From Candidatus Poribacteria bacterium (GTDB lineage Bacteria; Poribacteria; WGA-4E; WGA-3G), in assembly GCA_965205025.1 (NCBI GenBank), contig CBDBFU010000007.1:64001-128000 (forward strand): 64,000 nucleotides of DNA, written 5' to 3'. Position numbers and translations under genes: made by a program. This document shows, in pieces, positions 40,657-51,000 of the stretch; the first letter of the stretch is position 1; the number at the start of each line of letters is the position of its first letter. Under the pieces are notes generated by a model. The model worked only from the letters and a program-made list of their open reading frames with translations, did not search any database and was not told the origin of the DNA.

Positions 40657-42381
40657 ATGTCATTAGTAGAATTTCAAAATGTAACGAAAATGTATGATCC
40701 AGATATAATTTTGGATGATATTTCAATCTCGATTGCACATGGGGATCGCTTAGGTTTGATTGGACGAAATGGGTGCGGAAAGACAACGTTACTGAAGATT
40801 ATGTGTGGTATACTCACGGATTTCAAAGGAAAAGTCATACATGCGAAAGGGATGCGTGTAGGTTACCTGAGCCAAGAACCGGAATTAGAACAGAATTGTA
40901 CACTCCGACAAGAAATGCTTAAGGTTTTTGCAGATAGACTTGCACTTGAGGATCAGATGCTCCTACTGGCAGAACAGATGGAATCCCAGGAAACACCGCA
41001 ACTTTTACAACAGTATTCTCATCTCCAAGATCAACATGAACGGTTGGGGGGTTACGATTATGAGCATCTGATTAATCGTGTTTTAGGTGGTTTAGGTTTT
41101 AGTGTAGAGGATTTCAACCTACCCGTTAGAGTACTTAGTGGTGGACAGAAAAGTCGCGCCACACTTGGAAAACTGTTACTTGAAGATCCTGACCTTCTAC
41201 TTCTGGATGAACCGACAAATCATCTTGATATTAATGGGATTGAATGGTTAGAAAACTATATTAATACCGAGTATAAAGGGGCAGTTCTTGTTGTCTCCCA
41301 CGATAGGTATTTTTTAGATAATGTTGTCAGCAAAGTATGGGATCTGAATCATCATCAAATCAAGATTTACAGAGGAAATTACTCCAAGTACTGTGAAATA
41401 AAGGGTATAGAGAGATTAGTTGGTGAAAGGACATTCAAAATACAACAAGACTTTATTGCCAAGGAATCGGATTTTATCGAACGGAACATAGCCGGTCAAC
41501 GAACTCGTGAAGCACAAGGACGTCTGAAAAGATTAGACAGAATGGAAAAAATCGAAAAACCGAGTTCTGATTCCCCTTCGTTGGACATTAATTTCTCTGG
41601 AGAGACACGTGGGGGCGATGATATCCTTCGTTGTGATAAGGTTAGCAAACAGTTTGATGAGAAAGTCCTATTCACAGATCTAACCTTTGAGGTATCTCGA
41701 GGGGATGTGGTTGGTATTCTCGGTCCAAATGGTGTTGGAAAGACTACATTCTTCCGTATGATGTTAGGAGTAGAACAACCAACAGAGGGTGAACTCTGGG
41801 TGGGACCAACACTTAAATTTGGGTATTATACACAAGAATTAGAAGGACTCAATCTCGACAATGAAGTCCTTGAGGAAATTTGGGAGCTTTGTCCTGATTA
41901 CACACAGACACAAGCTCGTGGTTTTTTAGCTAAATTTTTATTTTTTGGAGACGATGTGTTTAAACAGATCCGAAACTTGAGCGGAGGGGAACAAAGTCGT
42001 GTTCAACTGGCAAAACTACTACTGGAAAAAGCAAATGTACTTCTCCTTGATGAACCCACAAACCATTTGGATATACCCGCTCGTGAAGCACTTGAAAATG
42101 CTCTTTCTAATTATCCTGCCACTCTTTTCGTCATTTCACACGATCGGTATTTGTTAAATAGTTTAGCCACTAAGATGTTGATATTTGAAAATACTAAAGA
42201 GGGAATTACTACCCGATTCTTTGATGGCACTTATGCTGAATATGAGGCAGAACAAAAGCAGCTTACTGAATCAGAGAATATTGAACCAGAAAAGATAGTA
42301 CAGAAAAAAACAAATAATAAACGCACAAAGACCAAATCTAAGCGAAAAATGAAAGCACAACGTTTGGTTGGCAGTAATTAA
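40657..42381 (+). CDS. ABC-F family ATPase
   Basis: Two ABC cassettes (GRNGCGKT/LSGGQ/DEPTNHLD and GPNGVGKT/LSGGE/DEPTNHLD); no TM segments. Confidence 0.95.
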   Translation: MSLVEFQNVTKMYDPDIILDDISISIAHGDRLGLIGRNGCGKTTLLKIMCGILTDFKGKVIHAKGMRVGYLSQEPELEQNCTLRQEMLKVFADRLALEDQMLLLAEQMESQETPQLLQQYSHLQDQHERLGGYDYEHLINRVLGGLGFSVEDFNLPVRVLSGGQKSRATLGKLLLEDPDLLLLDEPTNHLDINGIEWLENYINTEYKGAVLVVSHDRYFLDNVVSKVWDLNHHQIKIYRGNYSKYCEIKGIERLVGERTFKIQQDFIAKESDFIERNIAGQRTREAQGRLKRLDRMEKIEKPSSDSPSLDINFSGETRGGDDILRCDKVSKQFDEKVLFTDLTFEVSRGDVVGILGPNGVGKTTFFRMMLGVEQPTEGELWVGPTLKFGYYTQELEGLNLDNEVLEEIWELCPDYTQTQARGFLAKFLFFGDDVFKQIRNLSGGEQSRVQLAKLLLEKANVLLLDEPTNHLDIPAREALENALSNYPATLFVISHDRYLLNSLATKMLIFENTKEGITTRFFDGTYAEYEAEQKQLTESENIEPEKIVQKKTNNKRTKTKSKRKMKAQRLVGSN

Positions 42382-42427
42382 AACCCTCCTAAATTCTTAT
42401 TAATTCTGTATTTAATCCCATTTTAAT

Positions 42428-42471
42428 TTGACATTGCCTGAATTTATCACTATAATTATGTCGTATACGAC
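42428..42471 (+). promoter_or_regulatory. Consensus sigma70 promoter with a palindromic operator
   Basis: TTGACA (42428)-17 bp-TATAAT (42451), then GTCGTATACGAC (42460-42471) over the expected +1. Confidence 0.85.
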
Positions 42472-42506
42472 GGATTTACCTCTAATATAGGACGTAATTT
42501 TGAAAT

Positions 42507-43385
42507 ATGTCTAAAAACCGTGAATTTAACCAAGAAATTGATGTTGTTATGCGTGTGATGCGTCATGCCCAAGCATCAACCAAATCCCGGTTTATTCAGG
42601 ATTTAGTTCCGAATCGTCTAACAATTGTCCAATTTAACGCCTTACAACATTTACATTGGTATGGTCGTGAATCCGGCATGTATGTAAGTGAGTTAGGTGA
42701 ACATCTCGGTCTTGCTCACAATACAGTCTCTGGTTTAGTGACCAGATTAGAACGTCAAGGTTGGGTTGTCCGTCGTAAGTGTGATGAAGACAGGAGAAGA
42801 GCTCGCATTCAGCTAACACCACAATCTCAGGAGCTTTTTAGTGAAGGTGTAAAACAGGCAGAAGACTTTTGGGAACACACTTTTGGTCAATTGTCCCCAG
42901 AAGAACAGGATAGCCTAATTGAAAGTCTAAAGAGATTGAAACAGGTGATGGCGAAACCTGTTTGGCCAAGTTATTCCCAGTTGCACCCCCGTGATGCTGA
43001 TCATTTACGTGAGAAATTTGAAGTGGGTCTTGAGGAACTTGCTCAAGCCAAACTGAAACTCATCGGGATGCGGTTAATTCTCGCTCGAATCGCCGAGAAA
43101 CGAAATGAACATGAACTCGCTGCGTACCTAAACCAAGCTGCCTCAGAAGAATTACGGCACACCAACCAATTATTTTCACTCCTGGGTATGGGAGAGAACT
43201 TTGACAGTCTTCTCTCTGCGTTGGTAGATGAAGATAAAATCGTGTATGAGGAGTTGTTGGCATTACTGGCTGATGCGCCTTGTTCCGATGAAGATGAGGA
43301 ATTATCCCTTCTTCAACAGATGGTTAAAGATAACCGCAGATACAGAGAATGGTTTAATTGTGTACACAAAAAGACAAATCGGTGA
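42507..43385 (+). CDS. MarR regulator fused to a ferritin/rubrerythrin-like C-terminal domain
   Basis: LTIVQFNAL..., TVSGLVTRLE..GWV.R...EDRR...LT; helical C-terminus with AASEELRH (ExxH). Confidence 0.8.
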   Translation: MSKNREFNQEIDVVMRVMRHAQASTKSRFIQDLVPNRLTIVQFNALQHLHWYGRESGMYVSELGEHLGLAHNTVSGLVTRLERQGWVVRRKCDEDRRRARIQLTPQSQELFSEGVKQAEDFWEHTFGQLSPEEQDSLIESLKRLKQVMAKPVWPSYSQLHPRDADHLREKFEVGLEELAQAKLKLIGMRLILARIAEKRNEHELAAYLNQAASEELRHTNQLFSLLGMGENFDSLLSALVDEDKIVYEELLALLADAPCSDEDEELSLLQQMVKDNRRYREWFNCVHKKTNR

Positions 43386-43445
43386 CTTCTATTCTATAAC
43401 TAACGACTGAATTTCTGTTCAGTCAATGCCATATAAGAGGAGAAC

Positions 43446-44063
43446 ATGCAGTCCCAAAGCCCCGAAAGTATTCCTCCAAGTTGTAATGATGATGCTGAAC
43501 TTATAGAACAATTTCAGAGTGGTGATACCACAGTATTTGATACGCTTTTTACCCGTTATCAAAAACGAACTTATCGGTTAGTGCTGCGTTTTGTACCTAA
43601 CCATGAAGATGCCCTTGATATTACACAAGATGCATTTATACGTGCTTACCAAGGTCTGGGTAAATTCAAGAGTCAATGCCAGTTCTATAGTTGGCTTTAT
43701 AAAATCACTGTCAACCTGTGTATAGATTTTTTACGTAAAAAATCGCGTTCGGAAGTAATGGTATATGATTCCGATGAATCTGAGGAATTACCGATGGCGA
43801 ATTTCCCAGACCTCCGGTTAGATTCACCTGCCAAAGCAGTGGAGAATAAGGAGCTTAGACTTCAGATCCGAAAGGCAATTCGTCAGCTGCCACCGAAACA
43901 ACGGAAGATTTTCATCTTACGCCATTGGGATGGTTTATCACTAAAAGATATTGCTACTGCGGTTGGTAGATCGGATGGAACTGTCAAAGCACACCTGTTC
44001 CATGCCCATCGCAATCTACGCAAACACTTACAGTCCTACCTTAAAGATGGAGATACCTCATAG
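43446..44063 (+). CDS. ECF sigma-70 factor
   Basis: DALDITQDAF, FYSWLYKITVNLCID, LPPKQR and GTVKAHL motifs. Confidence 0.93.
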   Translation: MQSQSPESIPPSCNDDAELIEQFQSGDTTVFDTLFTRYQKRTYRLVLRFVPNHEDALDITQDAFIRAYQGLGKFKSQCQFYSWLYKITVNLCIDFLRKKSRSEVMVYDSDESEELPMANFPDLRLDSPAKAVENKELRLQIRKAIRQLPPKQRKIFILRHWDGLSLKDIATAVGRSDGTVKAHLFHAHRNLRKHLQSYLKDGDTS

Positions 44064-44148
44064 GGCAAGTTCTACAAGTATGATTAAGATTGTCCTCTAC
44101 ATTAATAACCCACATCCTACAGTCAATCTTATAGAATCTATTATAGGG

Positions 44149-45180
44149 TTAGACTGTAGGATTTGCCTCTGATTCTTCTTCAGAAGCAAAAAGAGCTTCG
44201 ACGAAATCAGTTCCTACAAAATCTCTTAGGTCGTCGAGTTTTTCTCCAATTCCAATTAGTTTTACAGGTGCACCCAATTCAGATTTCACTCCAAGTATTA
44301 TCCCTCCTTTTGCAGTACCGTCAAGTTTAGTAACTGCCACCCCCGTAATAGGAACAGCTTCATTGAAAACCTTCGCCTGCATTAAGGCATTTTGTCCTAC
44401 GGTACCATCAATCACAAGTAGTACTTCATGGGGAGCCCCAGTATGTGCTTGTGCCATAACTCGTCCGATTTTTGACAACTCATCCATCAAAGGTTTTTTA
44501 GTATGTAATCTTCCTGCTGTGTCTACTATTAAGACATCCACTTCACGATTTTTTGCTGCGTGTATTGCATCAAAAACCACAGAAGCTGGTTCTGCATTTT
44601 CTCCGCCCCGAATTAAATCAACTCCCGCACGTTCACACCAGATTTCCAATTGATCTTCTGCAGCTGCCCGAAAAGTATCTCCTGCTGCAACGAGAACACG
44701 GTATCCATCAGTGTTAAATCTACTGGCAAGTTTACCAATAGTTGTAGTTTTTCCAGCCCCGTTTACGCCAAGAACCAGAATCGTATAAGGTCCTTCTCCT
44801 TCAAGTTTTAATGGTGTATCTTCCCCAAGGAGATTGCGAATTTCATCTCTGATAACTGTTTCTAACTCAGAGGAGTCATCTAATCCTTGAGAATTTACTG
44901 TCTCTCGAACATTATCCATCAATTTCAGAGTCGTCTCAACCCCTACGTCAGCTTGAATTAATATCTCTTCAATTTCATCCATAAGATCTTCGTCAATCTT
45001 CCTACCGATCCGAAGTAATCCAGATAGTTGAGACATTAAGTTATTTCGGGTTTTCGCCAAACTGGATTTTAGACGATTAAACCAATTCTCTTTCTCCTGT
45101 ATCTCCAGTTGGTCATCCTGTACAGTATCCTTTGGTTTATCAGCTTTACTATCACTACCTTTAAACAAGTTTCTAAGCAT
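44149..45180 (-). CDS. ftsY: SRP receptor FtsY
   Basis: GVNGAGKTTTIGKLA, DTFRAAA, DTAGRL, TKLDGTAKGG and GIGE motifs. Confidence 0.98.
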   Translation of the reverse strand: MLRNLFKGSDSKADKPKDTVQDDQLEIQEKENWFNRLKSSLAKTRNNLMSQLSGLLRIGRKIDEDLMDEIEEILIQADVGVETTLKLMDNVRETVNSQGLDDSSELETVIRDEIRNLLGEDTPLKLEGEGPYTILVLGVNGAGKTTTIGKLASRFNTDGYRVLVAAGDTFRAAAEDQLEIWCERAGVDLIRGGENAEPASVVFDAIHAAKNREVDVLIVDTAGRLHTKKPLMDELSKIGRVMAQAHTGAPHEVLLVIDGTVGQNALMQAKVFNEAVPITGVAVTKLDGTAKGGIILGVKSELGAPVKLIGIGEKLDDLRDFVGTDFVEALFASEEESEANPTV

Positions 45181-45532
45181 CCAATTCTCCTTTATTCACA
45201 TGTTAGTTCGTTATCATATATGATAAGTAATGTTTCATTTAGTCTTTGATTCAATTCGTATACTGACTTTACTAAATAACAGATGATAATATTACAACAA
45301 TTTAAGTCATTTTGGTATAAAAAGATAGAATGTAATAAAATAATACCTATTTGTCGTTATGTGTGACATAAGTATAATGGATTTATATTCTCCAATACAA
45401 TCTATACGACTGGAGATTATTCCATGAACGGATTTACTTATTCTACATTTTACTATCAACTGATAAATTAATGTATTGTATAGCATACAGGTTTAATATA
45501 TACTAAATTCATATTTGTATAAGGAGAAAGTT

Positions 45533-46120
45533 ATGAATATCCGAAAACATACTACACAATTACCCAAGACAATACTATGTATTGTTTTAGTTCTAATTAC
45601 TGGTATACTGTTCACTTCCTGTGTGGAAGAACAGCAGATAGAGGAACTTGTCCAGGAAACTGACAATGGAGAAAATAACCAAGAAGCTCAACAACCTGAA
45701 GAAACAATTGTTGCCCTACCGGGACTACCTGATTATACTGCAGGTTATGAGAAATGGCTTAAATTGAATGCAGAACCTATACCCCCTGTTCCTGGTGGTG
45801 ACCCGCATAACGGCACAAAAAATGTATATGTTAATCAAGACCGAGAGGTAATTGCACCAGATGGAGAACAGAAATTTCCATACCCAGATGGAAGTATTGT
45901 TGTAAAAGAAGCCTCCAGACCTAATAAAAATTATATCGGTTTGATAGCAATTATGCGTAAAGTTGCTGGTAGCGATCCTGATCATAACGATTGGGAGTTT
46001 ATTGAATACACAAGAGGTGCTCCTGATGATGATTTTACACTCTTAGCCCGAGACCGTGTATGTTGGGGTTGCCATGCCAGAGTTAAAGATATGGACTATG
46101 TTTTTACTGCACTTGATTGA
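45533..46120 (+). CDS. Cytochrome P460 family lipoprotein
   Basis: Lipobox FTSC; YPDGSIVVKE (Lys at the cross-link position), M.K...WEF, C-terminal CWGCH...DYVF. Confidence 0.82.
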   Translation: MNIRKHTTQLPKTILCIVLVLITGILFTSCVEEQQIEELVQETDNGENNQEAQQPEETIVALPGLPDYTAGYEKWLKLNAEPIPPVPGGDPHNGTKNVYVNQDREVIAPDGEQKFPYPDGSIVVKEASRPNKNYIGLIAIMRKVAGSDPDHNDWEFIEYTRGAPDDDFTLLARDRVCWGCHARVKDMDYVFTALD

Positions 46121-46177
46121 TGTCAACTATAGATTGCAATAAAACCTAACCTACTTGACATTATAAGGAGTAAGCCT

Positions 46178-47395
46178 ATGGATTTTTATTTTACCAAATT
46201 GAATATACTTAATCCTCAAACGGATATGAAGCAATTCAATATTCCAAAATTGTTGATATTGACATTTCTATCAATTGTATTTATTAGCGTACTCATGATT
46301 AACCCTGCCGATGCCAGACCAGAATTTGCAGCCGAATTAGATAAGGATTGCACTTTTTGTCATATAGATCCTGCGGGGGGTGGACCCCGAAATCGTGTTG
46401 GTGAAATTTTCGAAGAAAACTACTTTGAATTCCCAGAAGACTTTGATATGGAGGCTGTGACAGAAGAAACAAAAGAGTTAATCAAACAAATAACCACTTC
46501 ACTCGATCTACAGACAGCATTTATCAAAACCACCCATGTTGATCAAGAGGAAGGAACAGTAGCGGGGTGTACATCATGTCATTCTTCTGTTGATAGATTT
46601 TTTCTCATGCAAGCAGAAGTTACATTTAACGCACAAGCTTCAGAAAACATCCGGTTAACCGTATCGAATAATGTTGGTACTACATTAAATGCTTTTGCAA
46701 CTGTTGATGCGATTCCAAAACATCTTTACGTTAGAGTTGGACAATTTCGACTTCCATTCGGCATTAAACAAAAAGATCATAATATACTGGTAAGAGAAGG
46801 CTACGATCTCGGGTCAAATAAACGGGATGTCGGTCTTGAGGCAGGGGGTAGTTATGGAAAAATATTCTACAATGCAGCATTTTTCAACGCGGGGAATAAC
46901 ACTGCCAATGGATCCCTTGGAACATTAGGTGGACAACTCGGTCCAATCCGTGCAGGTATTTCATGTATGTTAGAAAAACCTGATGAAGAATGGGAACGAG
47001 TACTTGGTGCTTTCTTGACTGCCTCATTCGGTGATCTCAGTTTAGAAGGTGAATTCAATTTTGGTAATGGTGGTGAAGTATTGTCCTTTGCAGACGATAC
47101 TGTAGATTCTAAAGGGTATTACTTCGGCGCAAAATATCGACTCTTTCCACAGTTATCACTCTCAGGTCGTTACGGTTTATTTGATCCTGATAGAAGGGTA
47201 TTAGGTGATGCTGGTAAGCGAATTACATTTACTGCCAAATACAATTTTATGGAAAATGGGGCAATTTCACTATTTTACTGGGCAAACCTACCAAATAATG
47301 ATCGTTTACCAGATGAGAAGATCTTAAGTAAGAGTGAATTACGACAACTCAAAGGTACAAATCAACTCATTCTAATGTCTCATTTCTGGTTTTGA
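46178..47395 (+). CDS. Cytochrome c-porin fusion (Cyc2-like) with two CxxCH motifs
   Basis: Signal ADA|RPEFAAELDKDCTFCH, second motif CTSCH, beta-barrel-like body (VRVGQFRLPFG, DVGLEAG) and terminal Phe. Confidence 0.72.
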   Translation: MDFYFTKLNILNPQTDMKQFNIPKLLILTFLSIVFISVLMINPADARPEFAAELDKDCTFCHIDPAGGGPRNRVGEIFEENYFEFPEDFDMEAVTEETKELIKQITTSLDLQTAFIKTTHVDQEEGTVAGCTSCHSSVDRFFLMQAEVTFNAQASENIRLTVSNNVGTTLNAFATVDAIPKHLYVRVGQFRLPFGIKQKDHNILVREGYDLGSNKRDVGLEAGGSYGKIFYNAAFFNAGNNTANGSLGTLGGQLGPIRAGISCMLEKPDEEWERVLGAFLTASFGDLSLEGEFNFGNGGEVLSFADDTVDSKGYYFGAKYRLFPQLSLSGRYGLFDPDRRVLGDAGKRITFTAKYNFMENGAISLFYWANLPNNDRLPDEKILSKSELRQLKGTNQLILMSHFWF

Positions 47396-47564
47396 TTCAA
47401 CAAGAATATGAATAGGATATAAGTCCAATTCATATAAAAGATATATATTTTAGTTCATGTTATGGTAAAGATAATTGAGTGTGTTAATTTTTACACATGA
47501 TAGATTCTTCTTACAAAACTACCCGATTTTAGAAATAATATATAGATTTCTTGTAGTCCCATCT

Positions 47565-47602
47565 AACAATCTCGCTTAAAGATTGCTTTAAGCGAGATTG
47601 TT
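47565..47602. terminator. Perfect 17-bp inverted repeat
   Basis: AACAATCTCGCTTAAAG-attg-CTTTAAGCGAGATTGTT. Confidence 0.55.
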
Positions 47603-47828
47603 CTTTCTCCGAACCTATCGTAATTCAATCTCAATACTCTGCAAATTCCATTAGTGGATTCGGTGTTTATATATGTAACCGTCGTTTTGCTATTGGAATC
47701 GACGAAACCGCGTATGGGATCCCTTATTTAAAAACCGTACCTATCGTGTCTTTAATAGGATATAAGGAAATAAATACTTAATTTCTTATATCAAACTCAC
47801 GTTTAATATACTATAATATACTAATTAT

Positions 47829-47844
47829 TGGCACGGAATTTGCT
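47829..47844 (+). promoter_or_regulatory. Sigma-54 (-24/-12) promoter
   Basis: TGGCAC-GGAAT-TTGCT is an exact consensus match, 235 bp upstream of the A2M gene. Confidence 0.7.
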
Positions 47845-48078
47845 CAGTACATCATATTGGATTAACTCAATTGATATCAAGTTCTCAAATGAACTAAATG
47901 AACATCAGACAAATGTCATCGGAATTTTAAGTATTATACATAAATAGAAAGCCCGGATTTTCATATCAATAAAAATATGTTCACATTGACAGAATATAGG
48001 ATAAAGTTGACATATTAATGCAGTGACAAATAATAGACTTCAAGTTACAGTTTATTTGGACGCTTAGGAGAATTAACG

Positions 48079-51000
48079 ATGAAAACTAAACAATTATATA
48101 TAGGCGTTGTTGGCATACTCTCTTTGCTTTTATTGATAATAGGTTCACTATATATTCACAGTCTATCCACAGGTTCAAAAACACGGGTCCATGTGAAATC
48201 TTTCACACCAAAGGGTGAAAAAGTCCTTCAATGGGTGGACTTTACATTTACATTTTCAGAACCTGTCATAGACAATTCACTTGTTAATACCGAATTGCCA
48301 AGTCAGGCAGTTCAATTTACTCCAACAGTTGAAGGAGTAAGCCGTTGGATTAAGCGTGATACAATACGCTTCTTTTTAGAAAGTCCTTTAGCACCGTCTG
48401 CGAGTTACACCGTCGTACTCTCACCAAAATTACATCAAAGTTCATTGGGTTTTGTCATTACTGGTAACAGAAAATTCACTTTTTTAACAGAACCATTCCG
48501 TATTGAAAAGAAGAATCTGGAATTTAAATATACCAAGACTCATGCCAAAGTTATAGGGAAGTTAGCCTTTAACTATCCTGTGAATATTGCCGATTTACGT
48601 TCAAATCTATCTTTGAAGCTTCAAGATAATGTTCTATTACCCTATACACTTCAACCAGAAAGTGGAATTGCCAAAGAGATATCAATTGAGACAGAAGAAA
48701 TTCCACGACTACTTGGAAATCAATCTTTAAAAGTACAAATTGAGAAAGGATTTAATTGTATCGGTGGAAAAATAGGATTGAAGCAGGCAAGTATAAGAAC
48801 ATTAACCTTAGCAGGAAGGGATAGACTTAGAGTTACAAATGCAAATGTAGATGAATATTCTGGCAGTCCTCATATACGGCTTCGATTCAGTTCTAATGTA
48901 CCTGTAGACACTATCCAACCATACATTCAAATTGATCCCGAATTAGAAACGCAGATTATCCAACGTTATAATGGTGTTGATATATATGGTGATTTTCAAC
49001 GTCGTAATAAATATAAAATCAGCATTCAGGAAGGATTGGCTGCCCCTGATGGATCTATATTACAGAAACCCTATTCCGTTACACTTACCATACCAGATAT
49101 ACCTCCGCAGATTCGTTTTGCCGGAAATGGGTTTTTCTTAACTCGAAACCAAAACATGAATCTCGGATTAGCGACAACAAATATACAGAATGTCAACATT
49201 CAAATTGAAAAGGTTTTTGCTAATAACCTTATATATGCATCTAAACTGAGAAATTGGAGTACATATACAAGCGGTTTAGGTAAACCAATCCATTCGGGTA
49301 GTCTTTCAATTAAATCAAAACTGAATGAAGAGGTAAAAACACCTATTGATTTGGGGCAATATCTTGATGATAAGTATGTTGGTATCTTTAAAGTCACTGC
49401 GAGGCATCCTCATAACTATAGACCTCGAGCAACACAATGGGTAATGCTAACTGACCTTGGTATTATATCAAAGAGGGCAGGAGATGAATTATGGGTTTGG
49501 GTCAATTCTCTGTCCAATCTAAAACCTGTATCTCAAGCAACAATTAAACTCATTAGTGATAATAACCAAACCTTATTGACAGGTAAGACGAATTGGCAAG
49601 GTTTTGTAGAATTCTCCTCAGTTGATCAAAAAACCGAAGGGTTTACGCCTTTTATGCTAACAGCAGAAAAAGGTGAAGATATATCTTTCATCCAACTTAA
49701 CCGACATCAACTCTCTACAGGTGATTTTAATGTTGGTGGTACTGCTTACTTAGAAACCGGATATGACGCATTTCTATATACAAGTAGAGGTGTGTATCGT
49801 CCTGGAGAAAGGGTAGATATCGCAGGAATAGTACGTGGGAAAAATAATTTGACACCACCTATTCTTCCGACCCATATTGAGGTTACCGCACCAGATGGAA
49901 GAACTATAAGAGAATTTCAAAAAAATACAGACAAACACGGTGGATGTGAGGTGGAATTGACTTTACCTGCCTACGCACAAACTGGTGGTTATATCACTAA
50001 GATGAAAGTGGCAGAAAAAGAAATTGGTCGTGGTCAATTCCAAGTTGAAGAGTTTATGCCTGATCGTATGAAGGTAATTATCTCTACAGATAAACCAGAG
50101 TATGACATAGGAGCTGAGGTAGGTATGGAGGTAACTGCTGTTAACCTGTTTGGACCTCCAGCTACAAACCGCAAAGTCACTGCATACTATATGCTTGAAG
50201 CAGTTCCTTATGTACCAGCAGAAAAATGGCGTTCATTTCATTTCTCAAGTACTGCACGATTTGAAAAACAACGGATGAATTTAAAAGAAACTAAGACTAA
50301 TGATGAAGGTAAAGTCATATATCAGGTTATGCTACCGGAAAAAGTCAAAGCTCCTTCTCTCTTAAATGGTATATTTACAGCGAGTGTTAATGAACCCGGT
50401 GGGAGAGCTGTTACGGCTTCCCAAAGAGCTATTATTCATCCTTATTCACATTATGTTGGTATTAAACGTCCTAATGATGGTGCAATAAACCGCAACCAAG
50501 AGGTGACAATAGACTATATTACTGTGGATAAAAATGGTAATTCCGTGGCGGGAAGAGACCTTTTACTTACTGTTTACAAGGTTCGCTGGAATACTATTCT
50601 TAGAAGAAATTCACGCGGTCAGTCTCAATACGTCTCTAATTCTCAAAAAACGACATTAGAATCTCACCCGTTAGTTTCGACCACAGATATAGGAACTTTC
50701 ACATTCACACCTACTGAATATGGTGAATATCGCGTACATATAGAAGATACAGCCTCAGGGGCAAAATCAGAAATTAAGATGGAAACTTCTGGATGGGGAT
50801 ATGTACCTGTATCTATGGAAAATCCAAGTTTACTTGAGATGACCTTAGATAAAACCGCCTACAATCCAGGAGAGATAGCAAAGCTACATGTTAAAGCTCC
50901 ATTTCCTGGTAAATTATTGTTAACGATAGAACGGGAAAAGATTCTAAGTTATAGGATTGTAAACCTTAGAGGTAATACAGCAAGTTTGAATATACCCGTT

